Shown piece after piece: positions 1 through 13,199 of a DNA stretch of 64,000 bases; the stretch's first letter is position 1, and each line of letters starts with the position of its first letter. The position numbers and the translations under genes are program-made. Source of the DNA: Octopus vulgaris (Eukaryota); contig OX597816.1 in NCBI GenBank assembly GCA_951406725.2, positions 164,238,001 to 164,302,000 of the forward strand, written 5' to 3'. Under the pieces are notes generated by a model. That model was not told where the DNA came from, did not search any database, and saw only the letters and a program-made list of their open reading frames with translations.

Positions 1-19
1 TTTTAATTACGGATAGATG

Positions 20-269
20 CGTGAAAGCTCGTGGCTTTAGTAGTTTTCAGCTCATGATCGTAAGGTTGTGAGTTCGAATTTTGGTGATGCGTTGTGTCCT
101 TAAGCAAGACACTTTATTTCACGTTGCATCAGTCCACTCAGCCTGCAAAAATGAGTTGTATAATCGACCTTGTCCATTCTGGGTCATATCACACTTCCCT
201 CAGAACTACGTCAAGGGTACGTAGATGGGATCAACTGGAACCCTTGTCGTCGTAACCGACGGAGTACCA
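20..269 (+). mobile_element. tRNA-derived SINE, family D (CORE-like central domain)
   Basis: tRNA-like head with B-box GTTCGAATT (~73), CORE-like GTTGTGTCCTTAAGCAAGACACTT, and a 3' tail GGATCAACTGGAACCCTTGTCGTCG shared with the copy at 3855-4228. Published octopus tRNA-SINEs include OK, OR1 and OR2; exact assignment not possible by eye. Confidence 0.7.
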
Positions 270-399
270 GTCACGGGAAGATGCCCATCCAAAGGGCTTT
301 CGCACAGTTTCCATCCACCTGCACAATTTCATTCCCAGAAGGTGTGTCGAATCAACAATACACACATTCATGCATAATGATGGGATCTTTCTTTTTCAC

Positions 400-771
400 C
401 TTTTGCTTGTGCTAGTCATTAGAATGCGGCCATGCTGGAGCACCGCCTTAAAGGTTTTTTTAAGTCTCGTACTTAATGTATCGATCTCATTTGACGATCC
501 CTGTTAGTTACGTGCACGTAAACACAATAATACCGGTTATCAAGTGGTGGTGGTGGTGGTGGGAGGACAAACTGACACACATATATATACACACACAGAC
601 ACACACACACACACACGCACAAACACACGTACATGACGGGCTTCATTCAGTTTCCGTCTATGAAATCCACTCGTAAGGCGTTGGTCAATCCGTGGCTATA
701 CAAGAAGACACTTGCCCAAGGTGCCACGCAGTGGGACTGAAACCGAAACCATGTGCTTCTTACCACGCAGC
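400..771 (-). mobile_element. SINE family A, diverged copy
   Basis: Reverse complement of family A modules: GCGGCCATGCTGGAGCACCGCC tail, internal (CA)n, AAGACACTTGCCCAAGGTGCCACGCAGTGGGACTGAA head/core. Confidence 0.85.
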
Positions 772-879
772 GAAAGAAAATTGTGTACAGTTAGAGAGTA
801 CAGCGCGTATAAGTAAGGTGTGACACACACACATGCAAACATACGTATACACACAATGGCGCAAACACAAGCATATGAA

Positions 880-952
880 TACCTATATACACGCACATAC
901 ATATAGAGAATTATTACATGCAGAAACATACACACTTATATGGATGTATGTG

Positions 953-1029
<77 letters not shown>

Positions 1030-1505
1030 CCATATACACATACACATATACATATATATAGATATATACATACATATATATATATATATATACATCCATA
1101 TATATATATATATATACATCCATATATATATACATATATATACAGATATATACATATATACACACACACACATATATATATACATATATATATATATGTA
1201 TACATAAATATATAGATATATATATATATATATACACATATACATACATATATATATACACACATATACATACATATATATGCATATATATACATATATA
1301 TGCATATATAAGCATACATATATATACATACACATATATACATATATACACACATATATACATATATATATATACATATACACATACATATATATATATA
1401 CATATATACATACATGTATGTATACAAACATATACACACACATGTATATGTATACATTCATATATGTATATACATATATGTTTACATACATATATTCACA
1501 TATGG

Positions 1506-1554
<49 letters not shown>

Positions 1555-1665
1555 GATACATATACACAGCATATATATGCGTGTGTGTGTGTGTATATAT
1601 ATATACATACAAACATACATGTATGTGTGTGTATATATATATATATATATATACATACATGTATG

Positions 1666-1725
<60 letters not shown>
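880..1725. repeat. (TA)n/(CATA)n compound microsatellite tract
   Basis: Directly visible alternating purine-pyrimidine repeats; source of the YI-rich ORFs. Confidence 0.95.
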
Positions 1726-1728
<3 letters not shown>

Positions 1729-2454
1729 GCGCTTATACATGCAAGCGCGTGTGTGTATCCCCCCGTCTGCTCTGTGAATTCTTTGTTTTTATGAACTGTC
1801 GTCGACTAAACGATTCCATCATTTTCTTCTTTAATAATTTGTTGTTGCCGTGTTTTTTTTTTCTTTTTTATTCTTTTTCTTCTTCTTATTATTTTTATTC
1901 TTGTTGTTGTTGTTACTGCTGCTGCTGCTGCAGCTGCTACGACTACTGCTGTAGTTGTAGTCTGCTGCAGCACAGCTTTGCTAATGCAGTCGGTCAAATT
2001 AGACCAATATATAATAGTACTGCCGGTCCCTTTAACAAGACTACGCTGAGATTTTAGATGCGAGAACATTGCTTGCACACACGCATACGCGCGCACGCAC
2101 ACACACACACACACACACAACGCACATACACACACATACGCACGCACACACGTACACACACACACACTCAGAAATACACAGATAGACAGCTACTAACGTA
2201 CACACAGACACACAAACGCATATACGAGTTCTAACGACCTTGTGTCTTCGGAAAAGACGTCGTATAATAATTATGTGTGTGTGCGCGCAGGCGCGCGCGT
2301 GCGTGTGTTGGTTTATTTTTGTGCGTGTGTGTGTGTATGTGTGTGTCAGTGTGTGTATGTGTGTGTGTGTATTTTGCAATCTATATTTTCGCAACGGTGC
2401 ATAAATGATGTATACTTAACTCTAGTCCGACACTCAATAAAAAAAGTATCTGTA

Positions 2455-2498
2455 ATATATACATATATACGTATATATATGTATATATACGTATAAAC

Positions 2499-2542
<44 letters not shown>

Positions 2543-2580
2543 GCATACACACATATATATATACATATATATAAACATAC

Positions 2581-2611
<31 letters not shown>

Positions 2612-2638
2612 CATATATATATACATAAATATATACAC

Positions 2639-2698
<60 letters not shown>

Positions 2699-2768
2699 GC
2701 ATATATATACATATATATATATACATATATATATATGTATATACATATATATATATATACATATATAT

Positions 2769-2815
<47 letters not shown>

Positions 2816-2949
2816 TATATGTACATATGTATATATATATTAATACTCATATATGCATATATATATATATTTATACATACACACATAGATATATGTGTGT
2901 GTCTATATATGTATGTATCTGTGTATTTATGTATAAATATGTATTACAT

Positions 2950-2980
<31 letters not shown>

Positions 2981-3019
2981 CATAGATATGTATCCACACA
3001 CATGCACATATATAATATG

Positions 3020-3051
<32 letters not shown>

Positions 3052-3112
3052 GTTCTACTAAGTTCAGTATGTGGCAAAGTAATTTATTTTACTAAGCCCT
3101 AATTATATAATG

Positions 3113-3159
<47 letters not shown>

Positions 3160-3200
3160 CATATATATATATACACACACACAAACACACACACATATAT
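2455..3200. repeat. (TA)n/(CATA)n compound microsatellite tract
   Basis: Directly visible. Confidence 0.95.
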
Positions 3201-3214
3201 ATAAATCTTTCATC

Positions 3215-3550
3215 ATTTGCTTTTGACATTCGACTGCAACCATGCTGGAGTACCGCTTTATTCTTTGTAAGCCTAGTACTTATTCTATCGGTTATCTTTT
3301 GCTGAACCGCTAAGTTCTGGGGACGCAACTTCACCATCATCGGTTGTCAAGCCGATGGTAGGGGGACAAACACTGACACAAACACACACACATATACGAC
3401 AGGCTTCTTTCAGATTTTGTCTATCAAACTCACTTCCAAGGCTTTGGTAGACCCGAAGCTAAAACAGAAGACACTTGACCAAGGTGCCACGCAGTAGGGA
3501 CTGAACTCGGAACCATGTGGTTGGGAAGCAAGCTTCTTACCAAACAACCA
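3215..3550 (-). mobile_element. SINE family A
   Basis: CATGCTGGAGTACCGC tail, GTAAGCCTAGTACTTATTCTATCGG, AAGACACTTGACCAAGGTGCCACGCAGT and GGAACCATGTGGTTGG head, all in reverse orientation. Confidence 0.9.
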
Positions 3551-3854
3551 ATACGAACTTATAATTTTTATGCAGATAATAAACGTAATAAATTTCTCCA
3601 TTCCTAAATGTTCGCTGTGATTGTATACTTTTAAGAAGGCAAACTCTTTCTTTTTGTCCCCTTAGCAGAATTATTATATAAAACTTATTCTGTATACAAT
3701 TACTATTATATAAATTATTAAACAATATTAATTTAGCTTCCCTATTAGTCAAAAACCATTGACAAGGGACTTACGCGCAGGAATCTTTTCTCACAAGAAG
3801 AAATAACGGCGTATCATTAAAAAAAAGTATTAACAGACGATGTATACTCGTTTA

Positions 3855-4228
3855 GGAGGCGCAATGGCCCAGTGGGTTAGAGCAGCTGAATCGGGGTCGT
3901 AGGTTCGCGGTTTCGATTTCCAGGCGGAGCACTGTGAGTGTTTATTGGGCGAAAATACCTAAAATTCCTCGAGGCCCCGGCAGAGGGTGGTGGCGCACAC
4001 TGCTGTACCCTTTCACCACAACTGTCTCCCACTCTTTCTTCCTGTTTCTGTTGTACCTGTATTTCAAAGGGGGCCAGCCTTCACACACTCTGTGTCGCGT
4101 TGAATCTCCCCGAGAGCTTACGTTAAGGGTACACGTGTCTGTGGAGTGCTCAGCCACTTGCACGTTAATTTCACGAGCAGGCTGTTTCGTTGGTCGGGTC
4201 AACGGGAACCCACGTCGTCGCAGTGCCA
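3855..4228 (+). mobile_element. tRNA-derived SINE, family D-related (different body, shared 3' tail)
   Basis: A-box-like TGGCCCAGTGGGTTAG, B-box-like GGTTTCGATTTC, 3' end GGGTCAACGGGAACCCACGTCGTCG matching 20-269. Confidence 0.8.
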
Positions 4229-4693
4229 CGACACCCGTTTATAAACACACACACACACACACGGAGCCTTACGTATTATACGTGTGTACGTATTCATATT
4301 TTATAGCCTTTCCTATACTTCTTTAGGTCACTGGGGTAGGGTCTTCAAGGGTTTAAACGAAGAAATGCACCCTCTACATACCTTTGAGAGCCTGGTAATG
4401 TATGCACTCACAGGGACGTAAACAAACCAACACTCGTTAGCACTTAAATTACATATGTATATAAATATGATACATATATATATATATAATGTTATGTAAT
4501 ATATATGTGTGTGTGTGCGTGTGTAATAAATAGCAGTCTGGAGGAATGTTTGTATCAGGGTTACAAAGACACTGCAAATGCCCCCAATATTCGACTGGTA
4601 CTGTATTTTATCCACCCATAGGACATGACACGCAGTGTTGACCTCAGAAGCTTTATATTTTCACATTATATTCACACACACACACACATACAT

Positions 4694-5181
4694 GTTCTTT
4701 TATTTCAGTCATTGGACTGCGGCCACACACCGCCTTTAGTCGAATAAATCGACCCCAGGACATATTCTTTGTAAGCCTAGTACTTATTCAGTCGCTTCCT
4801 TTTGCCGAACCTCTAAGTTACGGGGATGTAAACACACTAGCATCGGTTGTCAAGCAATGGTGGGGACACACATACACACACAGACACACAAACATACACA
4901 CACACGCATATATATATATATATATATATATATGCGTGTGTGTGTATATGTTGTGTGTCTGTGTGTGTGTGTGTCCCCCACCATCTCTTGACATATATAT
5001 ATATATATATTGGAAGGTTTGGAGATGAGGTATTTTATATATTAGAAGAAATGAGGTACTCAGAAAATCGGATGATTGATTGATTGATTGATTCAAGTTT
5101 CAGCTCATGAGCTGTGGCCATGCTGGGGCACCGCCATGGTTTATATTTACAGATATTTATTTGTATATTACATTTTTTATA

Positions 5182-5227
<46 letters not shown>

Positions 5228-5320
5228 GACGGGCTTCTTTTAGATTCCGTCTACCAAATCCACTCACAAGGCCCGAGGCTATAGAAGGTGCCTCGTAGTG
5301 GGACTGAACCTGGAACCATG
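4694..5320 (-). mobile_element. SINE family A, interrupted by an internal inverted duplication and a short retroposon tail
   Basis: 3' half at 4694-4910, 5' half at 5227-5320; inverted copy of the internal segment at 4930-4993; separate tail insertion at 5073-5135. Confidence 0.85.
5073..5135 (-). mobile_element. Extremely 5'-truncated retroposon 3' tail ending in (AATC)n
   Basis: Reverse strand reads GGCGGTGCCCCAGCATGGCCACAGCTCATGAGCTGAAAC then (AATC)n; near-identical to 33348-33406. Confidence 0.75.
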
Positions 5321-5426
5321 TAAACGTTTTATCTGATAAATACATGCAATCATACATACATAACACACACGCACACGTGTGTGAGTTAGTTATATGTCTG
5401 TGTATGCATTACATTATATTTAATAA

Positions 5427-5477
<51 letters not shown>

Positions 5478-5479
<2 letters not shown>

Positions 5480-5860
5480 CGCAGGAGTGGGGGGGTGGTA
5501 AGTAGCTTGTTTACCAACCACATGGTTCCGGGTTCAGTTCCACTGCGTGGCATCTTGGGCAAGTGTCTTCTGCTATAGCCCCGGGCCGACCAATGCCTTC
5601 TGAGTGGATTTGGTAGACGGAAACTGAAAGAAGTCTGTCGTATATATGTATATATATGTATATGTATGTGTGTGTCTGTGTTTGTCCCCCTATGCTGGTG
5701 TGTTTACGTCCCCGTCACTTAGCGGTTCGGCAAAAGAGACCGATAGAATAAGTACTGGGCTTACAAAAGAATAAGTCCCGGGGTCGATTTGCTCGACTAA
5801 AGGCGGTGCTCCAGCATGGCCGCAGTCAAATGACTGAAACAAGTAAAAGAGTAAAAGAGT
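5478..5860 (+). mobile_element. SINE family A, near full length
   Basis: GGCGCAGGAGTGG head, B-box-like GGTTCAGTTCC, CORE-like GGCATCTTGGGCAAGTGTCTT, internal (TA)/(TG) tract, tail GGCGGTGCTCCAGCATGGCCGCAGTCAAATGACTGAAAC followed by (GTAAAAGA)2. Confidence 0.95.
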
Positions 5861-6438
5861 ATATATATATATATCCATACATATATGTAGAACTAAGCGT
5901 AAAGATAAGGAGACTGAATAACCAGTATGAGATGTACCACTTATGTGAATTGTATATGTGTGTGTATGTATGTAGGATGGGAATGCTTTTGCGTAAGGTA
6001 TATTGGAATGATAAAAGTGTGTGAGTGTGTGTGTGTACAATATAAGTAGTAGGTCTATAGTGTATATTACAGACGGATTTCGCCGTAATGAAAAATTTTC
6101 TCGAATAAGCTTCGGCGGGAATACGGGAAAAGCTGAGTCGCGCTTTCCACGCGTTATTCACCTTTACAACTACTTACGCGCACGCCCAACCTACACCCCA
6201 CCACCACACGTATATATATATATAAGTGAGCGTATATGTACACACACAGACAAACACACACACATACATACACACACAAAATATGTAGACAGACAGAGAT
6301 ATAGAGATATGTATATGTATTTTATTTTATTTTTATATTATTATATACATACATATACGTATGTATTATACGCACCTTTTATATTATTTATATACATACA
6401 TATATATGTATATACAAATAATTATACATATATATGTA

Positions 6439-6489
<51 letters not shown>

Positions 6490-6756
6490 TTATATATAGG
6501 CATATATGTGTGTGTGTACAATATCTATTGTATATATGTGTATAATACATAGGTGTGTATTTATTTACATTTATATATTATATATCAGGAAGACTTATAT
6601 ATAATTCCTTATGTATATACATATATATATATATCCTTACATATGTATATATATCCTTACATAGATATGTATATATATACATATATATGTGTGTATATAT
6701 ATATATATATACATGCGCGTGTTTGTATTGGAAGATGTATGTATAATTGTGTGTGA

Positions 6757-7047
<291 letters not shown>

Positions 7048-7474
7048 CATGTGAAAGAGAGAGACATTGATTTGAATATAAATTGATATTTTAAAAGAAA
7101 TTCTTACATCGGCGCTCAAGCCACCCTCTCACCACAACACCACAGCACCCCGTCACCCGTTCTCATTTTTTCTACCCGTTCTTGTTGATATTTTAAACCC
7201 ACACCTTCTTCTCCCTGTTGTTCATGTATTAATATATCGATTATTATTAATATATCGATTATTATTATTACATTGTTAATGTACAATAAACACCGCTTTT
7301 CCCTATAATCCTACTTTTGTTGTTAGATATTTCTGGTGGCACAAAGCTACGTCCGATGGTGAGGCTTGTTCTGGAGGAGGTGGTTCGACTAAATGTGTTT
7401 GATATTAACTCACTGGCGTCCAGTCTGAAGCCTTTTCCATACGCATACAAGCACACCAATTGGTGTTTATACAT

Positions 7475-7507
7475 ACATACATATATACGCTCATACACAT
7501 ACTCGTA

Positions 7508-7539
<32 letters not shown>

Positions 7540-7738
7540 GTTTCAAATTTGTATACATACATATACATACATATATAGAGAATTACATTTATACACATGT
7601 ATTTACACTCATACACATACTCGTATGTGAGTGTGCATATATATATATATATACTTTCAAATTTGTGTACATACATATACATACATATATATAGAATTAT
7701 ATTTCTACACACATATATACACTCTAACAGATACTCGC

Positions 7739-7773
<35 letters not shown>

Positions 7774-7889
7774 TCGAATTTGTGTACATACATATGCATA
7801 TATATAGAATTACATTTATGCAGACATATATACACTCTAACACATACTCGTGTATATATATATATAGTTTCGAATTTGTGTACATACAT

Positions 7890-7928
<39 letters not shown>

Positions 7929-7970
7929 CATTTATACACACATGCATACACTCTAACACAAACTCACGTA
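7475..7970. repeat. Diverged tandem repeat, about four units of ~115-125 bp
   Basis: Recurring TTTC(A/G)AATTTGT(A/G)TACATACATAT...AGAATTA(C/T)ATTT motif at ~7541, 7655, 7772 and 7868, with recurring ACATACTCG. Confidence 0.8.
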
Positions 7971-7996
7971 TATATATATATGTATATATATATATG

Positions 7997-8064
<68 letters not shown>

Positions 8065-8558
8065 ATATTTATTAATTATATCCCCCTCATCGGAGACTGT
8101 GTGAGAGGTTAGTTAAGTCATTGTTAGTTTAGATGTGATACAAAATAGAGAGTGGGATGGAGGAAAGAAAATAGACCTGGAACTCAACTATGGTCTATCC
8201 ACACCACCTATTCAGCATTACCTCACACCTTTGGGTCTCAATGACACCATTATCTCATACATATATATATACATGTATATACATATATCCATACATATCT
8301 AAGCACACATACACACGTATAAAACGCATACACATATTCATGTAAGGTACCCATACTTTTGCATTTAAACAAAATGCATGTACCCATGCTGTTTATGTAT
8401 ATATGCTCATGAATGTATGTGTGTGTGTATACCTCTATATATGGGTGTGTGTAATTTTTATTTGAAATTATTTATTAAAAAAAAAGTACTCAGTACATAT
8501 CAAACTGCTAACAGAATTGGGAACTTCGAAGTCCCAACTGACCTTCCTATTGCCAAAG

Positions 8559-8598
<40 letters not shown>

Positions 8599-8606
<8 letters not shown>

Positions 8607-8697
8607 AAATTTTGGGACGGTCATTTTATTTTGTCAAATAGCCACACGCATAATTATTATTAATATCATCATCATCATCATCATCATCATTATTATC

Positions 8698-8736
<39 letters not shown>

Positions 8737-8834
8737 GTTATCATTTTTGTGTCTCACGTGAGAAGTAAAATTGTTAGAGGATGTGTGACGAAAGATTTGA
8801 GACAAAGGACACTAAAGTGATGATGATGATGATG

Positions 8835-8898
<64 letters not shown>

Positions 8899-9254
8899 TG
8901 ATAATGATGATGAAATGAAGAACGAGTACATTGTGCGTGTAGTTTATTTTGCAAAAAAAATCAAATAAAATATAAAAGAAAAATTGGGAATATGATCTTC
9001 CTGAAATGTAACAATGCATGTTTCAACACACGATTTCACATCAGGAATCTTGCAAAACAATCTTGTTATGCTTTTATTTGTTTCAGTCATTTGAACACGG
9101 CCTTGCTGGAGCACCGGCTTTTAGTCGAACAAATCAATCCCCAGGATTTGTTCTCTGTAAGCTTGGTAGTTAGTTATTCTATCGGTCTCTTTTGCCGAAC
9201 CGTTATCGATTGTCAAGCGATGGGGTGAGGGGACAAACACAGACACACACACAC

Positions 9255-9306
<52 letters not shown>

Positions 9307-9397
9307 AAATTTTGGGACGGTCATTTTATTTTGTCAAATAGCCACACGCATAATTATTATTAATATCATCATCATCATCATCATCATCATTATTATC

Positions 9398-9436
<39 letters not shown>

Positions 9437-9534
9437 GTTATCATTTTTGTGTCTCACGTGAGAAGTAAAATTGTTAGAGGATGTGTGACGAAAGATTTGA
9501 GACAAAGGACACTAAAGTGATGATGATGATGATG

Positions 9535-9589
<55 letters not shown>

Positions 9590-9941
9590 TGATAATGATG
9601 ATGAAATGAAGAACGAGTACATTGTGCGTGTAGTTTATTTTGCCAAAAAAAAATCAAATAAAATATAAAAGAAAAATTGGGAATATGATCTTCCTGAAAT
9701 GTAACAATGCATGTTTCAACACACGATTTCACATCAGGAATCTTGCAAAACAATCTTGTTATGCTTTTATTTGTTTCAGTCATTTGAACACGGCCTTGCT
9801 GGAGCACCGGCTTTTAGTCGAACAAATCAATCCCCAGGATTTGTTCTCTGTAAGCTTGGTAGTTAGTTATTCTATCGGTCTCTTTTGCCGAACCGTTATC
9901 GATTGTCAAGCGATGGGGGGAGGGGACAAACACAGACACAC

Positions 9942-9973
<32 letters not shown>

Positions 9974-9985
9974 CTATATATATAT
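8599..9985. repeat. Near-identical 700-bp tandem duplication (8599-9298 / 9299-~9985)
   Basis: Identical ORFs at 8599 and 9299; differences limited to (TAA)n length, one poly-A run and a G-run variant; junction lies in (TA)n. Confidence 0.95.
9072..9270 (-). mobile_element. SINE family A, 3' half only (first duplication unit)
   Basis: Same sequence as 9765-9960 but ends at the internal microsatellite. Confidence 0.85.
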
Positions 9986-10150
9986 ACGGCGGGCCTCTTT
10001 CAGTTTCCGTCTATCAAATCCACTGACAAGGCACTGGTCGGCCCGAGGCTATAGTAGAAGACACTTGTCCAAGGTACCACGCAGCAGGACTGAACCCAGA
10101 ACCATGTGGTTGGTAAGCAAGCTTCTTACCACACTTCCACGTCTGCGCCT
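9765..10150 (-). mobile_element. SINE family A, full length
   Basis: Tail CGGCCTTGCTGGAGCACCG through head GTCTGCGCC at ~10150. Confidence 0.9.
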
Positions 10151-10183
10151 ATAACTATATATATACACGCGCACACACACACC

Positions 10184-10249
<66 letters not shown>

Positions 10250-10549
10250 CATATATATAATGTATGTATGTATGTATGTAACCTGCACACACACACACAC
10301 ATAACTAGTAGAAAGGAAGAAGCCACCATTAGTGGTGTTGGACCCAGGTTGTCGGCTAAACTGTGTTTATTGGTTATATATGTATAAAACTATTTAAAAT
10401 GGTATTTTTCGTTGCGAATGAAACACGCACACACACACACACACATTAAATCCGTAATGACCCCCCCCCACACACACACACACACTTCACACACACATTT
10501 ATATAAAGCTTGAGTGTTAAAGAGAAACAGATAGATAGGTAGTTGGCGT

Positions 10550-10753
10550 CCTATCTATATATCTATCTCTATTATCAATCAATCTTTGTATCACTATCAT
10601 CTGTCTGTCTCTTTCTCTCTCTCTCTCTCTCTGTCACTCTCTGTGTCTATATAACTATATATACCTACCTGTGCATATTTGTCTACGTATATATTTACGT
10701 CTATCTATCTATCTATCTATCTATCTACCTACCTACCTACCTACCTACCTACA

Positions 10754-10811
<58 letters not shown>

Positions 10812-10950
10812 CTTATCTACCTACCTATCTATCTACCTACTTATCTACCTACCTATCTATCTATATTTCTATCTATCTATCTATCTATCTATCTATCAAT
10901 CTATCTATCTATCTATCTACCTAATCTATCAATCTATCTATCTATCTACC

Positions 10951-10997
<47 letters not shown>

Positions 10998-11200
10998 CAT
11001 TTATCTATCTATCAGTCTGTCTATCTACCTACCTCCCTACCTATCTATCTATATCTACCTACCTACCTATCTATCTACCTATCTATCTACCTACCTACCT
11101 ATCTATCTATATCTACCTACCTATCTACCTACCTCCCTACCTATCTATCTTTCCATCCATGCATCCATCCATCCATCTCTCTCTCTCTCTCTCTTTCTCT
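10550..11200. repeat. (TCTA)n/(CCTA)n/(CT)n compound microsatellite
   Basis: Directly visible; explains the LSIY-repeat ORFs. Confidence 0.95.
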
Positions 11201-11298
11201 TTATTTACATTATTTCCTGTTTACCTTCTCGTCTCTCCGCACCCCCACCCCGTTTCTAAATTACTTTTCTTTCTTTCATTCGTACACCCTTTCACTCA

Positions 11299-11337
<39 letters not shown>

Positions 11338-11519
11338 CCCCCCCCCACTCTCTCTCTCTCTCTCTCACTCTTTACCTATTAATATATCTATCTCATTCCG
11401 CCCCCACCCCACCCCCACCCCCACCCCTCGTCTCTTCCACTCGTACACGGATATTAATTCCCGTGCTCTCCACCCACCCCCCCGCCACATGCCGCCCAAC
11501 ACCACTGTGTGTGCGTGTG

Positions 11520-11563
<44 letters not shown>

Positions 11564-11698
11564 TGCGCCTGCGTATTTTTGTGGCGGTGTGTGTGTATTT
11601 GTGTAATGCGTGGTGGGAAAATATTTGTACGCTTTGTTTTATTTCTATGCCCCCATTGTTTACATATTTAATCTAGCCATTCTCTCTTTTATTCTTTG

Positions 11699-11750
<52 letters not shown>

Positions 11751-11974
11751 ATATATATATATATATATACACAAACACCTTCAAACAAATGAACTTGCAA
11801 GCAGACATGTATTTTAACATAGGTACATGTTCTTTAATTTGTTTTAGCGAACGAGACCAAGGCCACATGTGTATATATATATAATCATAGATTATACACA
11901 CACACACACGTGTATATGAGAGGGAGAGAGAGATGCAAGTTCATAGATACATGTCTATGCATGTGTGTAGATAT

Positions 11975-12151
11975 TCTTTTATTCTCTTGTTTCGGTCATT
12001 TGACTGCGGCGGCCAGGCTGCAGCACCGCCTTTAATCGAACGAATCGACCCCAGGACTTATTCTTTGTAGTACTTATTTTATCAGTCTTTTATTTGCGGA
12101 ACCGCTAAGTTACGGGGATGTAAACACACCGACGGTTGTCAAGCAATGATA

Positions 12152-12193
<42 letters not shown>

Positions 12194-12399
12194 TATGGGC
12201 TTCTTTCAGTTGCCATCTACCAAATCCACTCACAAAGCTTTGGTCGGCCCGAGACTATAATTGAAGACACTTGCCCAATACGGCTTTGGCCGGCCCGAGG
12301 CTATAGTAGAAGACACTTGCCCAAGGTGCCACGCAGTGGGACTGAACCCGGAACCATGTGGTTGGTAAACAAGCTACTTACCACACAGCCACTCCTGCG

Positions 12400-12401
<2 letters not shown>
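11975..12401 (-). mobile_element. SINE family A with ~45-bp internal tandem duplication
   Basis: Head CAGCCACTCCTGCGCC ends at 12401; GCTTTGG(T/C)CGGCCCGAG...GAAGACACTTGCCCAA occurs twice (~12237 and ~12283). Confidence 0.92.
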
Positions 12402-12476
<75 letters not shown>

Positions 12477-13013
12477 TGTTAGTTTTTATGTTCATTTATA
12501 ATAAAAACACTTTTTATTAGTCTGATAATTTTTCTCAAAACAACTGGCCGCAAGACGGCTTAACTGACCGAAACACACACACATACACACATGCCTGTGT
12601 TGGTATGCATGCATGTATGCATGTGTGTGTGTGTGTATGAAGACACCACCTCGAATGTGATTCTCTAAATCTACAGTGTTTCTCTTTTTCTTCCTCCTCC
12701 CTCCACTCCCTTTTCCCTTCTGTGTTGTTGCTGCCACTTCCGCTAACATTTATTTACCCATTGTTTTTATTGTTGTTGTAGAGTCTTAACCTGTTTCTTT
12801 TTCGTTTGCTCTTTATGAATTATGTTGTATTTATTATTAAAGCGTCCATATTCCTTTTATTTTTTTAAAGCTCTAACAACGAAACAACCCCCAACCTTCG
12901 TTACCTCTTAGCACTAGCTTACACCTCTTCACTTTCTTTGCCAAGCTTCTACTCGCATATATGTGTGTGTGTGTGTGTGTGTAAAACGGTGGTGCCCCAG
13001 CATGGCTTGAAAC

Positions 13014-13069
<56 letters not shown>

Positions 13070-13071
<2 letters not shown>

Positions 13072-13175
13072 ATCATATGGATCTTTATGTTTTCTTTTGA
13101 CACATTCTACCAGTATACGAAGTTTCAAATTGTTTAGTTAACTAGGAAAATCTGGCCTTCAAAATGAAAAGATCC
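13070..13175. mobile_element. Internally deleted copy of the GGATC-ended TIR element at 39501-39923
   Basis: CACATTCTACCAGTATAC-GAAGTTT...TTCAAA..GAAAAGATCC matches ~39834-39923; starts GGATC; embedded in (TA)n. Confidence 0.7.
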
Positions 13176-13199
13176 TATATATATATAATATATTAATAA

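Noticed and set aside
5478-5550. tRNA genes at the heads of families A, B and D
   Set aside because: A/B-box-like motifs are present but continue into SINE bodies and recur in many diverged copies; no complete cloverleaf with a proper terminator.
8085-8245. MITE with imperfect terminal inverted repeats
   Set aside because: Arms match only loosely, no TSD and no second copy in the window.
8599-9520. Duplicated 73-aa poly-Ile ORFs as transmembrane peptides
   Set aside because: Encoded by (ATC)n/(ATT)n microsatellites inside the 700-bp duplication.
10671-11606. 311-aa LSIY-repeat ORF
   Set aside because: Translation of (TCTA)n, (CT)n and (CA)n microsatellites.
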